Of a DNA stretch of 27,956 nt, positions 9,432 to 17,345 are shown in pieces. The notes beneath the pieces are model-generated. The model worked only from the letters and a program-made list of their open reading frames with translations, was not told where the DNA came from and searched no databases. Source of the stretch: an uncultured virus (IMG/VR IMGVR_UViG_3300028394_000058) (taxonomy: Duplodnaviria; Heunggongvirae; Uroviricota; Caudoviricetes); IMG/VR virus record IMGVR_UViG_3300028394_000058; one strand, given 5' to 3'. The position numbers and the translations under genes were made by a program. Each line of letters starts with the position of its first letter. The stretch's first letter is position 1.

Positions 9432-10444
9432 TAGAACAGTCCTGGAAAGTATTTTGGAGAAAAATTATAGGCAGGAAAAGGTTCTGTGCTATAATTAATC
9501 ATGCTAAGGTCAAGATTAACACCCTGAGCACTATAACTTACACCAGTTATGTAGAAATTTGAAAAAGACGCTTCTACATAACTGGGATTGTCTGATAGCA
9601 CAAGTTGTAGTAGTATTTTAGCAGGTGAAGTTAAATTAACTCTAATAAACTCAATTAATTCTTTGCTAGCAAAATTAATTGCAATAGTACAATTAGAACT
9701 GCCGTCATCAGTTTCTGATGGTAAGGTAATTTCCATTGGAAAATAAATAAAAGTACTATTAGTAATATTACTACCACTAGTTTGATAGCTGCTACTTAGT
9801 GTAAATTCAGAAAGAAATCCAGTACTACCGTTAGTTATTACTTCTACAGGTTTAACGTAAATATTACCTTTTACACCAATTACAGTATGTGTAATTCTGG
9901 TTTGAGCCCATGTATTAGTTCTTGTAGTTTTAAACTGTTGATTAATATAGTCTCTGGTTGATTGATCCAGCGATGTGGCGTCCCAACTGCCAATACATAC
10001 CAACTTTCCGGTTGGTATAGCTTGAAGTGCAGTTTTAAGTTGTTGAGAATTATTTGCTAAATAAGTATCATAAGTATTTATAGTTTCAACAGCAAAAGTA
10101 TTTGGATTTAATACCATAACGGTATGGCCACGTGTAAACTGATAATTAACTGTTGTACCATTAATTTTAAAATAGCTGCTAAGTGGGTTCTGTACGCCGC
10201 CATCAAAATCGCTGCTTTGAACACTTACAGTACCTAAACTATTTACTCCACCAACCATACTAACGCCATATACTACATCTGTATCCGTAGTATATTGGTC
10301 TAGCCTTTGAGTAAAATTATCTGCTAAGTGTAAAACTTCTGTTTCATTATCTTCAGGATCGTATATTGTCAATAACAGTATTACTGCTTGTTTAGTTTCT
10401 GAAGAATACATGGCTCTTACGGCCGCTTCACTTAATCCTCTCAT
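9431..10444 (-). CDS. Tail tip protein, DUF1833/gpL-position type, with an inserted ILEI/GG-like domain (337 aa)
   Basis: The N-terminus (LSEAAVRAMYSSET..VILLLTI) and C-terminus (FPMEITLPSE...EPFPAYNFSPKYFPGLF) are typical of DUF1833-like proteins. It sits between the distal tail gene and the NlpC/P60 gene, with a TAATG overlap to the downstream gene. Confidence 0.75.
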   Translation of the reverse strand: MRGLSEAAVRAMYSSETKQAVILLLTIYDPEDNETEVLHLADNFTQRLDQYTTDTDVVYGVSMVGGVNSLGTVSVQSSDFDGGVQNPLSSYFKINGTTVNYQFTRGHTVMVLNPNTFAVETINTYDTYLANNSQQLKTALQAIPTGKLVCIGSWDATSLDQSTRDYINQQFKTTRTNTWAQTRITHTVIGVKGNIYVKPVEVITNGSTGFLSEFTLSSSYQTSGSNITNSTFIYFPMEITLPSETDDGSSNCTIAINFASKELIEFIRVNLTSPAKILLQLVLSDNPSYVEASFSNFYITGVSYSAQGVNLDLSMINYSTEPFPAYNFSPKYFPGLF

Positions 10445-10812
10445 GGCAGTATTTCAAATGTTAAACTAGCGCTCCAAAAACCTGGTGCTAGATATGTTAA
10501 TGTATAGAATTCGCCTTCGCCTTGTGGTATAATTCTTGCTTCTACCGTAGTGCCCAGCAATCGTGGATGTGGAAAGTTAAACCTTGCCACACCACGAATA
10601 TCGTTTTTTATAAAAGTTTCCAAAGTCTGAGTTTGTGCAGTGGTTAGGATAAAACTAAGATTCATAGTGCTAGTTCTAGCATTACGTCTGCGTACTTTGG
10701 CAGGCCCCATTTCCATTGGGCTTCTAATAACGCCTACTTGCACAGTTTCCTGAAAACCTTTTTGTGGTACTTGTGGAAAACCGTTTGTAGTAGGCCAACT
10801 AATAACAGCCAT
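10441..10812 (-). CDS. Distal tail protein (gpM/Dit-like, 123 aa)
   Basis: Directly follows the tape measure gene. Motifs WP...PQ, IRSPMEMGPAKVRRR and GVARFNFPHP are typical of lambda-type minor tail proteins. Confidence 0.75.
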   Translation of the reverse strand: MAVISWPTTNGFPQVPQKGFQETVQVGVIRSPMEMGPAKVRRRNARTSTMNLSFILTTAQTQTLETFIKNDIRGVARFNFPHPRLLGTTVEARIIPQGEGEFYTLTYLAPGFWSASLTFEILP

Positions 10813-10815
10813 ATA

Positions 10816-13800
10816 TTACCTCCTTGCTAGCGCAGGTTTATTACCGTATACTGCACCCATAGTTTGTTGTAACGTACTATTTTTACTAGCAATTTGTCTT
10901 GCTACCATATCGCCAATAGTTATGTCAATACTGCGATTTCCGCGACCGTCTGTAGTTTCATTAGTCTGCACTTCTGCACTAGTATTATTATTAATAACAA
11001 TATTTACACTGGAGCCACTATTGCCGCCTTCAGCTCTAACACCAAGATTACCGCTACTGTCACGAGTAAGTGGCATAATGGCTTCGGGTCCTGCTTCGCC
11101 CATTAACCCAGTGCCTTGGGCAAATTTAAATATAGTAGGTTCATTGATTATTTTATTGGTAAATGCAGCACCCATTGCAAACGGCTGTACAGTATAACCT
11201 TCGTCAAATGCTCCACCTTTGGCAAATTTATTGCCCTGTCCATCAAATGCAGCACCTTTAGCAGCTAAACTAAAAGCATTCATAGCATATGTACCGCTAG
11301 AACCGGTAATAGTGCCACTGCTTCCACCAAAACTACTAAAAATATTTGAAAGATTAAAGCCGCCACTACTACCTCCAGGAACTGCTGGACCTAAGCCAAA
11401 TCCCGGACGAAGTTTTTGCCACATTTCAAACATCTGTAAACGTAGCTCGTACCTAGCAATATCTTTGATAAAACTATCAATTAAGTCGCTAAAATTACCT
11501 TTGCCAGTATTAACAAAGTCAATAATAGAATCGGCCATGCCGTCAAACATTTTAATAAATGCGTCGTTATAGGCTTTTTGGCGTTCGTTCATAGAATATT
11601 GCAAATCCATTGCAGCTTTTCTACCTGCCATAGTTTGTGCAATATTTTTCATCTCATTTTGATGAGATTGCTCAATAAATTTAGCTTTATCATTTAATAG
11701 GGTTAAATCAGCCTTTGCATCGGCTGCTAAAGTTCTTTTAATTGCGGCTGCATTTTCTAACTTTGCCTGTGTATAGCGGTCATCTTCGGATCGTTTAGCG
11801 GCAGTTGTATCTGCCTCTAACTTACCATAATCAATAATTTTTTGTTGGTCTTGAATTTGTTGTGGTGTTAACATATTAAGACTTTGTTGTGCTGATAGCA
11901 GTTGGCTTTTATTATCTAAAGCAATTTGATCTGCTTTATTTCCTTGTTCAGCCAGAGTATTTTGCATCTGCAGGCGCTGTAAATCTTCTGTAAGTTTATT
12001 ATTAATTACTGCTTGTGCTTGTTTTACTTGAAAAGTTTTTTCATCTAATCCTAAAGATTTTCGCAAATTATCTAATCTAGCTTGCTCATTATTATAAGCA
12101 GTAGAATCAAAAGCTATACCAGCAATAGCATATTTTATTTTTAACTCTACCATTAATCTTTGATTTATTTGATCTAAATAATCAATTTCTTGTCGGCGAC
12201 GTCTAAAGCCCTCATCTGCAATTTCTTTTTCTAGAGCTAAACGGTTTTCTAAAACTTTATCGGTTAGATAAGGCATATTGCTATCACTTAAACTATTAAG
12301 TTCTTGCTGTGATTTTAATCTAGCCATTGCAGCATCAGCTAATTTATTTTCGTATTCTCTAACTTGTTTTAATAGATTAATTTCTGCATTTCGTGCATCT
12401 AGAAATTTTTGTTGTATATTATTTTTAGCATTAGCGGCGCTAGCACTCTCAAACTCTAGTTTTAACCTGTCTTGAGCACGTTCGTATTCTGTAACGTCAG
12501 ACGTTTTATTAGCTGTTTTAGCTTGAGCAATTTTTGTTTGAAAATCAAGGTACTGTTTAACGTAATTATCTTGCAAAGAATTTTGTTGTTGCTGATAATC
12601 TAGTTCGGTTTTACGTTCTTGAGATAATTTTTGCTCGCCTGCTAACTGTTGTCCAGTTACTAAACCAGCATTATTATATAATTCTACAAGGCTGGCTTGA
12701 TTAGCAAGATCTTGCCGTTGTTGTTGTATGGCAATATCACGCATCCTATTTTGATGTTCAATTTCACGAGTAATAGCTGCATAAGCCCTACTAATTTCTT
12801 CTTGAGCTTTTTTAATTTGTGCAAGCTGATCTTGTTGTTTTTGTTGATTTTCTAGAGTACTTTTTTGACTTAATAAATCAGCTTTACTTTTTTGAACAGC
12901 GGCCAATAACTCTTTATCATTACCATTTTTCTTTAATTGTTGAATTCTTAAATCATCCTGAGCAATTTTATCAGTAATTGCTTTCATAGCAATTTCATTA
13001 TCTTTTTGCCTAACCGCATCTTCTAGTTGATCTTTACGTAGTTTACCACCTTCACTTAAAAACTCAAGAGTTATTCCTTGCCGATTAAAAGACTCTAATT
13101 CAAACTGTGCTTGTGCACGCTCTGCAGCTAATAAACGACCACGTACTCCTTGCTGTTCCTGTAAAGTGGCTAATTGTTTTTTAAGTGATATTTCAAGATC
13201 TTTTGCATTTAGTGCAGCATTTTGAGCAGCTATACCTTGATTAATCTGTTTAGACTCCATAGCATATTTCATTGCTGATGGAGATAAATTTTTAACCTCT
13301 GGCCCTACTTTTCCTGTTTGAACTGCATCTAATACTTTACCTAGATCCTCTTGAGCTTTTTTATTAGCTGCTCTAGATTGTGATGTGCCGCCACCTGATA
13401 GTTCCTGATTAATAGCTTCTAGTTGTAAAAGTTGTTGCTCTTGGATAATTCTTGATTGTAAACCTTGTTTAACAATATCAGCAGTTAAGTTTAGTTGCTC
13501 CCTTTGAATTTGAACATCTGCTTTGTCTAAGGCTGCTTGTGCTTGTGCTGTGCCTGGACCACTCATACCACTTATAATTGCTCGTTCAATTCCTACTTGA
13601 GCTTGTCGTCTAGCCAGTTCAGTTTTTTTATCTAATATATCAAATGCTCTAGTAAGTATAACATCTACTATATTATTTAGTTGGCCTTGAATTTTGCTAA
13701 CACTTTTCTCTTCAATATTAATTTTAACTACTTCCAAAGACTTTTCTAAATTTTGTCTAGTACTTTCTAATTGCTTTTTATCACTACCAGACGCTGTTTT

Positions 13801-16383
13801 TAATTTTTCAGCATTTGAAATTAAGTCTTGCTCTAGTTGTGCCCTATTTCTTTGTAATTCATTTAAGTCTGTTGCATCTTTAATTGACCGTTGACTTTGT
13901 TTTGCTAATTCCTGATATTCTACACCCAATAGTTGTAGTGCAGTAGGATCTTTTAGTACATCTTGTAACGCTATAGCGGCTGTTTGTGCATCTTCATAAG
14001 TTTTACTTAATTTTAAACCTAAATCGATTGCATCAAAAGCAAACTTACTAATAGGATCATTTTGTAGTAAACTATTCTGTAAATTTTTAGAACTAGTACC
14101 TACTGCAGTAAGGCTTTCTTTTAGGCCTTTAAGAGCTGAATTATACTCTTGTAATTTACCAACTGCAGGCCCTAATGCCTCTTGTGCATTTTTTACAGTT
14201 TGAGCTAATTTATTTTCATCATAAATATTATCAAGACTTTTTCTAATAGAATCAGAATCAAGAGCTGTAGTACCTAAAATACTCTGTAATTTTTGTTTAA
14301 GTGCTTCTTTTCCGGGGCCTTCAGGAATTGTTTTTAATGTACTAGCAATGGATTCTGCTGCATTTTTTTCAAAACTACTAATTTTTCCCCATCCAAGACT
14401 GCTTGGAGTAAAAATATCTATAAGTTTATCTGCAATAGTTTCTACGGGGCCGCGCTTATATAAATAATCATTAAAATCATCTATGGAACCTTTTAAACCT
14501 TCAAATAACTCATTAGCATTTGTTGCTACTGCATTAAAAGTTATAGAATTCATATTGCGCGCAAAACGTGCCATTATTTGATCAGTTAAAGATGCAGCAT
14601 TACCTAAAGCATCAAGACTACTACTTAACTTACTGGCTTCTCTTTGTGCACGACTAAATACATCAATTATAACGTTTATAATTGTCATTACTACTGTAAT
14701 AACAAAAAATATCCTATTAAAAGCTGCAGCTACAAGTTCTGCAGTAGTAGCAGCAATAACCATAGCGCCACGAAGTCTTAAGAAACCTTTTTCAAAGTAG
14801 CCTAAACCAAGAGTATTTTCATTAATAGTTCTGCTTAAATTTTTGTAAGCATCTTTCATACCTAAAACTTGGGCATCGTCTCCTGCTGAGGCAACAGTTT
14901 GTGCTTTAAATGCTTTTTTTCTGGCTTCTAGGCTTACTCGCTCACGTAAGCTAGCTTCAAGATTAGGAGCTTCTGCTGCTGCATCATATTTACTATTTGC
15001 ATCAGCAAGGGCTTTGCGAGCTGTTATCAATCTTTCGTAAATTAATAATTGTTTTTCTAATCTATCAGCAGTATCTTGTAAGACTTTTCTGTCTGCTTCA
15101 CTAACATTTAAACCCTGTTTACGAAGATCAACAATTTTTTGTTGTATTGCACTAGTAGTGTCCTTGCCAAGTTCTTCTGAACCTTTTAAACCTTTGCTAA
15201 GAGCCCCATAAATTCTTTGATCTTGTGCGTCTTTAGCACTAGCATAGGCTTTATCTTTGGCTAAAAAATCTTGTCTAGACTTTTCATAGGCTTTTAAAGC
15301 TTCATCCAAATTTTCTTTTAATTTTGGTATATTATACTTTGCTTCAATTTTTTGTGCAAAAGCATCACCAAAACTTACGTTAATTTCAGAAGCACGACGT
15401 TTTGCTAATTCAGCAGCATCATTTAAACCTTGTCGCCATTGACTTAGTGCTGGCAGTGCCATGCCTATAATTTTTGTACCAATTAAAGCAAGCGCTGCTA
15501 CTAGCGCACCAGTATTATTTGTAAAAAATTCAACTACTGGTATTAAAAAATTATTAACGAGTTTAGTGCCTTGCAAAGCAATATTACTTAATGCTGCTGC
15601 TAGCTTTTCATAAGGATTAGCAGGAATGTCAACGTCATTAAACTTGTCCTTTGCCTCTTTTAATACAGCATTAGCAAAAGCTTGACGCCGCTCAAAATCT
15701 GTTAGACTACCAACACTTTTGCCCACACTGCGAGCATAATTTGTAACTGCTGTATCAAGTTTAGTAAATAAACCTAATTCGTCCAGCAATTCAGGCTCAA
15801 TCTTTGTAATACCGCGAGTTAATCGACTAATAGCTTCAGCAGTGTCAATACCAATAGTTTGACCTGCTTTTTTAGCTGCATCAGCTAATTGCAACATTTG
15901 TTTACTACTTAAACCACTAGTAACGCCTTTGGCAGCAGCACTCATTGCATCTTTAAAATTGATAGCACCATCTGTAGCGGCAACTAAGTTTTTAGCCAGT
16001 GAATTAATAGCTACGCCGCTAGTAATACTTAATTGTGTTAATGCATTCTCTTGTATAGCTGCATTATATCCATCGCGTAAAAAATTAAAAGCAGTGGCAG
16101 CAGCATAAGTATTAGCGGCAAGTGTTGCATATAGGCGAACTAATCCACCAAGACCTTGCTGTTCATTAGCAAAGTCTCTGGCACTAGCACCAGTTAAGCC
16201 GCTGGCGCCACGAGCACGACCATACTGCATACTGTCAGCACTAGCACCTACTTTACTGTATTCTTGTGCATGTTTTACAGCTTTACCTAACTCTTTGTTA
16301 AGTTCTTTGGTATCATTAATACTTGCTTCTAAACTACCGTCAGACTTGACTTGTAGTTTAATATTTACGGTATTACCTGCCAT
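10816..16383 (-). CDS. Tail tape measure protein (1855 aa)
   Basis: Long Ala/Gln/Lys-rich helical protein with hydrophobic segments (e.g. IFFVITVVMTIINVIIDVF). It has a T5 pb2-like N-terminus (ASARDFA...GGLVRLYATLAAN) and a lambda-type C-terminus (GLMGEAGPEAIMPLTR), and follows the tail chaperones. RBS GGAG upstream. Confidence 0.93.
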   Translation of the reverse strand: MAGNTVNIKLQVKSDGSLEASINDTKELNKELGKAVKHAQEYSKVGASADSMQYGRARGASGLTGASARDFANEQQGLGGLVRLYATLAANTYAAATAFNFLRDGYNAAIQENALTQLSITSGVAINSLAKNLVAATDGAINFKDAMSAAAKGVTSGLSSKQMLQLADAAKKAGQTIGIDTAEAISRLTRGITKIEPELLDELGLFTKLDTAVTNYARSVGKSVGSLTDFERRQAFANAVLKEAKDKFNDVDIPANPYEKLAAALSNIALQGTKLVNNFLIPVVEFFTNNTGALVAALALIGTKIIGMALPALSQWRQGLNDAAELAKRRASEINVSFGDAFAQKIEAKYNIPKLKENLDEALKAYEKSRQDFLAKDKAYASAKDAQDQRIYGALSKGLKGSEELGKDTTSAIQQKIVDLRKQGLNVSEADRKVLQDTADRLEKQLLIYERLITARKALADANSKYDAAAEAPNLEASLRERVSLEARKKAFKAQTVASAGDDAQVLGMKDAYKNLSRTINENTLGLGYFEKGFLRLRGAMVIAATTAELVAAAFNRIFFVITVVMTIINVIIDVFSRAQREASKLSSSLDALGNAASLTDQIMARFARNMNSITFNAVATNANELFEGLKGSIDDFNDYLYKRGPVETIADKLIDIFTPSSLGWGKISSFEKNAAESIASTLKTIPEGPGKEALKQKLQSILGTTALDSDSIRKSLDNIYDENKLAQTVKNAQEALGPAVGKLQEYNSALKGLKESLTAVGTSSKNLQNSLLQNDPISKFAFDAIDLGLKLSKTYEDAQTAAIALQDVLKDPTALQLLGVEYQELAKQSQRSIKDATDLNELQRNRAQLEQDLISNAEKLKTASGSDKKQLESTRQNLEKSLEVVKINIEEKSVSKIQGQLNNIVDVILTRAFDILDKKTELARRQAQVGIERAIISGMSGPGTAQAQAALDKADVQIQREQLNLTADIVKQGLQSRIIQEQQLLQLEAINQELSGGGTSQSRAANKKAQEDLGKVLDAVQTGKVGPEVKNLSPSAMKYAMESKQINQGIAAQNAALNAKDLEISLKKQLATLQEQQGVRGRLLAAERAQAQFELESFNRQGITLEFLSEGGKLRKDQLEDAVRQKDNEIAMKAITDKIAQDDLRIQQLKKNGNDKELLAAVQKSKADLLSQKSTLENQQKQQDQLAQIKKAQEEISRAYAAITREIEHQNRMRDIAIQQQRQDLANQASLVELYNNAGLVTGQQLAGEQKLSQERKTELDYQQQQNSLQDNYVKQYLDFQTKIAQAKTANKTSDVTEYERAQDRLKLEFESASAANAKNNIQQKFLDARNAEINLLKQVREYENKLADAAMARLKSQQELNSLSDSNMPYLTDKVLENRLALEKEIADEGFRRRRQEIDYLDQINQRLMVELKIKYAIAGIAFDSTAYNNEQARLDNLRKSLGLDEKTFQVKQAQAVINNKLTEDLQRLQMQNTLAEQGNKADQIALDNKSQLLSAQQSLNMLTPQQIQDQQKIIDYGKLEADTTAAKRSEDDRYTQAKLENAAAIKRTLAADAKADLTLLNDKAKFIEQSHQNEMKNIAQTMAGRKAAMDLQYSMNERQKAYNDAFIKMFDGMADSIIDFVNTGKGNFSDLIDSFIKDIARYELRLQMFEMWQKLRPGFGLGPAVPGGSSGGFNLSNIFSSFGGSSGTITGSSGTYAMNAFSLAAKGAAFDGQGNKFAKGGAFDEGYTVQPFAMGAAFTNKIINEPTIFKFAQGTGLMGEAGPEAIMPLTRDSSGNLGVRAEGGNSGSSVNIVINNNTSAEVQTNETTDGRGNRSIDITIGDMVARQIASKNSTLQQTMGAVYGNKPALARR

Positions 16384-16443
16384 AGCATCTCCAGGTTATC
16401 TTATGTAGAATTTTAAATATTCTACACATTTTTATGTAGGTTC

Positions 16444-16472
16444 ATTATAACATATGGGCTGGTTTATGTCAA
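16444..16472 (-). promoter_or_regulatory. Consensus sigma70-type promoter upstream of the tape measure gene
   Basis: Minus strand reads TTGACA-taaaccagcccatatgt (17 nt)-TATAAT, with an extended -10 TG and an AT-rich upstream tract. Confidence 0.88.
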
Positions 16473-16492
16473 TGCCGAAATTTTTAAACAAT

Positions 16493-16536
16493 AAAAAAGC
16501 TCGTCTAGTCGGTTAACTAGACGAGCTTTTCTTTTT
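16493..16536 (-). terminator. Rho-independent terminator, potentially bidirectional
   Basis: Inverted repeat aaaagctcgtctagt / actagacgagctttt with T tracts on both strands. It overlaps the last codons of the 16513..16860 frame. Confidence 0.85.
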
Positions 16537-16860
16537 GCTGTTTATATCTTCTTGTCGTATATTATCAATTATTTTAATTAACTGAAATACAATATTTCTA
16601 TCGCTAGGATCTATATCACAAAATTGAAAAATTTCGGAGATACCTACTAGGGATTTTCCTAAATATACACCATTCATGCCGTCCCAATCGTCTCGCATAA
16701 ATTTATAGACATTGAGTGCTTGCTGTACATCTAGTGGAAAATCATCAAATTCTACGGGTATTTCAGATTCTACTGGTTCACTGCCTAACTGTTCGCACAT
16801 TTCAAAATATGCTGCCTTAGTCATAGCCAATGAACTATTTTGTATATAGTTAGTCAGCAA
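16513..16860 (-). CDS. Tail assembly chaperone, C-terminal frameshifted part (gpT-like / T5 p138-like)
   Basis: Lies between the chaperone and tape measure genes, has a weak TTG start, and its frame is open back through the GGGAAAC site in the -1 frame of the upstream gene. Confidence 0.8.
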   Translation of the reverse strand: MLTNYIQNSSLAMTKAAYFEMCEQLGSEPVESEIPVEFDDFPLDVQQALNVYKFMRDDWDGMNGVYLGKSLVGISEIFQFCDIDPSDRNIVFQLIKIIDNIRQEDINSKKKSSSS

Positions 16861-16865
16861 CTCGC

Positions 16866-17285
16866 TTACTTCGTGGAGCTGCTGGTAGAAAAGTTTCCCA
16901 GATCGCTTACCTGTTCGCTAATAAATGCGTCAAAGTTACTGGAATTTTTCATTAAGTACAGTGCATTTTCTGCAGTGAACTCTAGGAAATCGTCTGGATC
17001 TTGACCTGTTAAATCAACTGGAGCCAATTGCTCTAAATAACTTAACTTAAGGCCTTTCCAACCTTTAATTGCTTGTTCGCAGTATAGCTGCAAAAATAAG
17101 TCTTCATTAAAATCTTCTTGTGGTTGACGATTTTTAAATGTGGTTTTAGTAGACTTTTTACGAATATTAAGCAACAACTCACGAGATAAAAAACTCAGCT
17201 GTAGCACAAATCCAGGCATGCCGGGATATTCGGTTTCTACTGACTTTGAGGGTACTAGTAGATTTTTAAGAGAAAGTGTAGACAT
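16866..17285 (-). CDS. Tail assembly chaperone (gpG-like / T5 p139-like, 139 aa)
   Basis: Follows the tail tube gene, carries an IKGWKGL motif, and ends DLGNF at a slippery heptamer. Confidence 0.82.
   Translation of the reverse strand: MSTLSLKNLLVPSKSVETEYPGMPGFVLQLSFLSRELLLNIRKKSTKTTFKNRQPQEDFNEDLFLQLYCEQAIKGWKGLKLSYLEQLAPVDLTGQDPDDFLEFTAENALYLMKNSSNFDAFISEQVSDLGNFSTSSSTK
16893..16899 (-). other. Programmed -1 ribosomal frameshift site G GGA AAC
   Basis: XXXYYYZ heptamer in the correct phase (CTG GGA AAC TTT). The -1 frame continues without a stop as LFYQQLHEVSELLTNY into 16513..16860. Confidence 0.85.
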
Positions 17286-17304
17286 GTTTACCTTTTGTTA
17301 TGGG

Positions 17305-17333
17305 AAAGGGAGCTGGCCTAAGCCAGCTCCTTT
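17305..17333 (-). terminator. Hairpin after the tail tube gene, probably a leaky terminator
   Basis: ggagctggc-ttag-gccagctcc stem followed by only a short TTT run on the minus strand. Confidence 0.65.
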
Positions 17334-17345
17334 GTATTTAAGCTA

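Noticed and set aside
16404..16440. TTCTAC...GTAG stem superficially like a Cas12a direct repeat
   Set aside because: Single copy, wrong loop length, no spacers and no cas genes; better explained as a leader hairpin.
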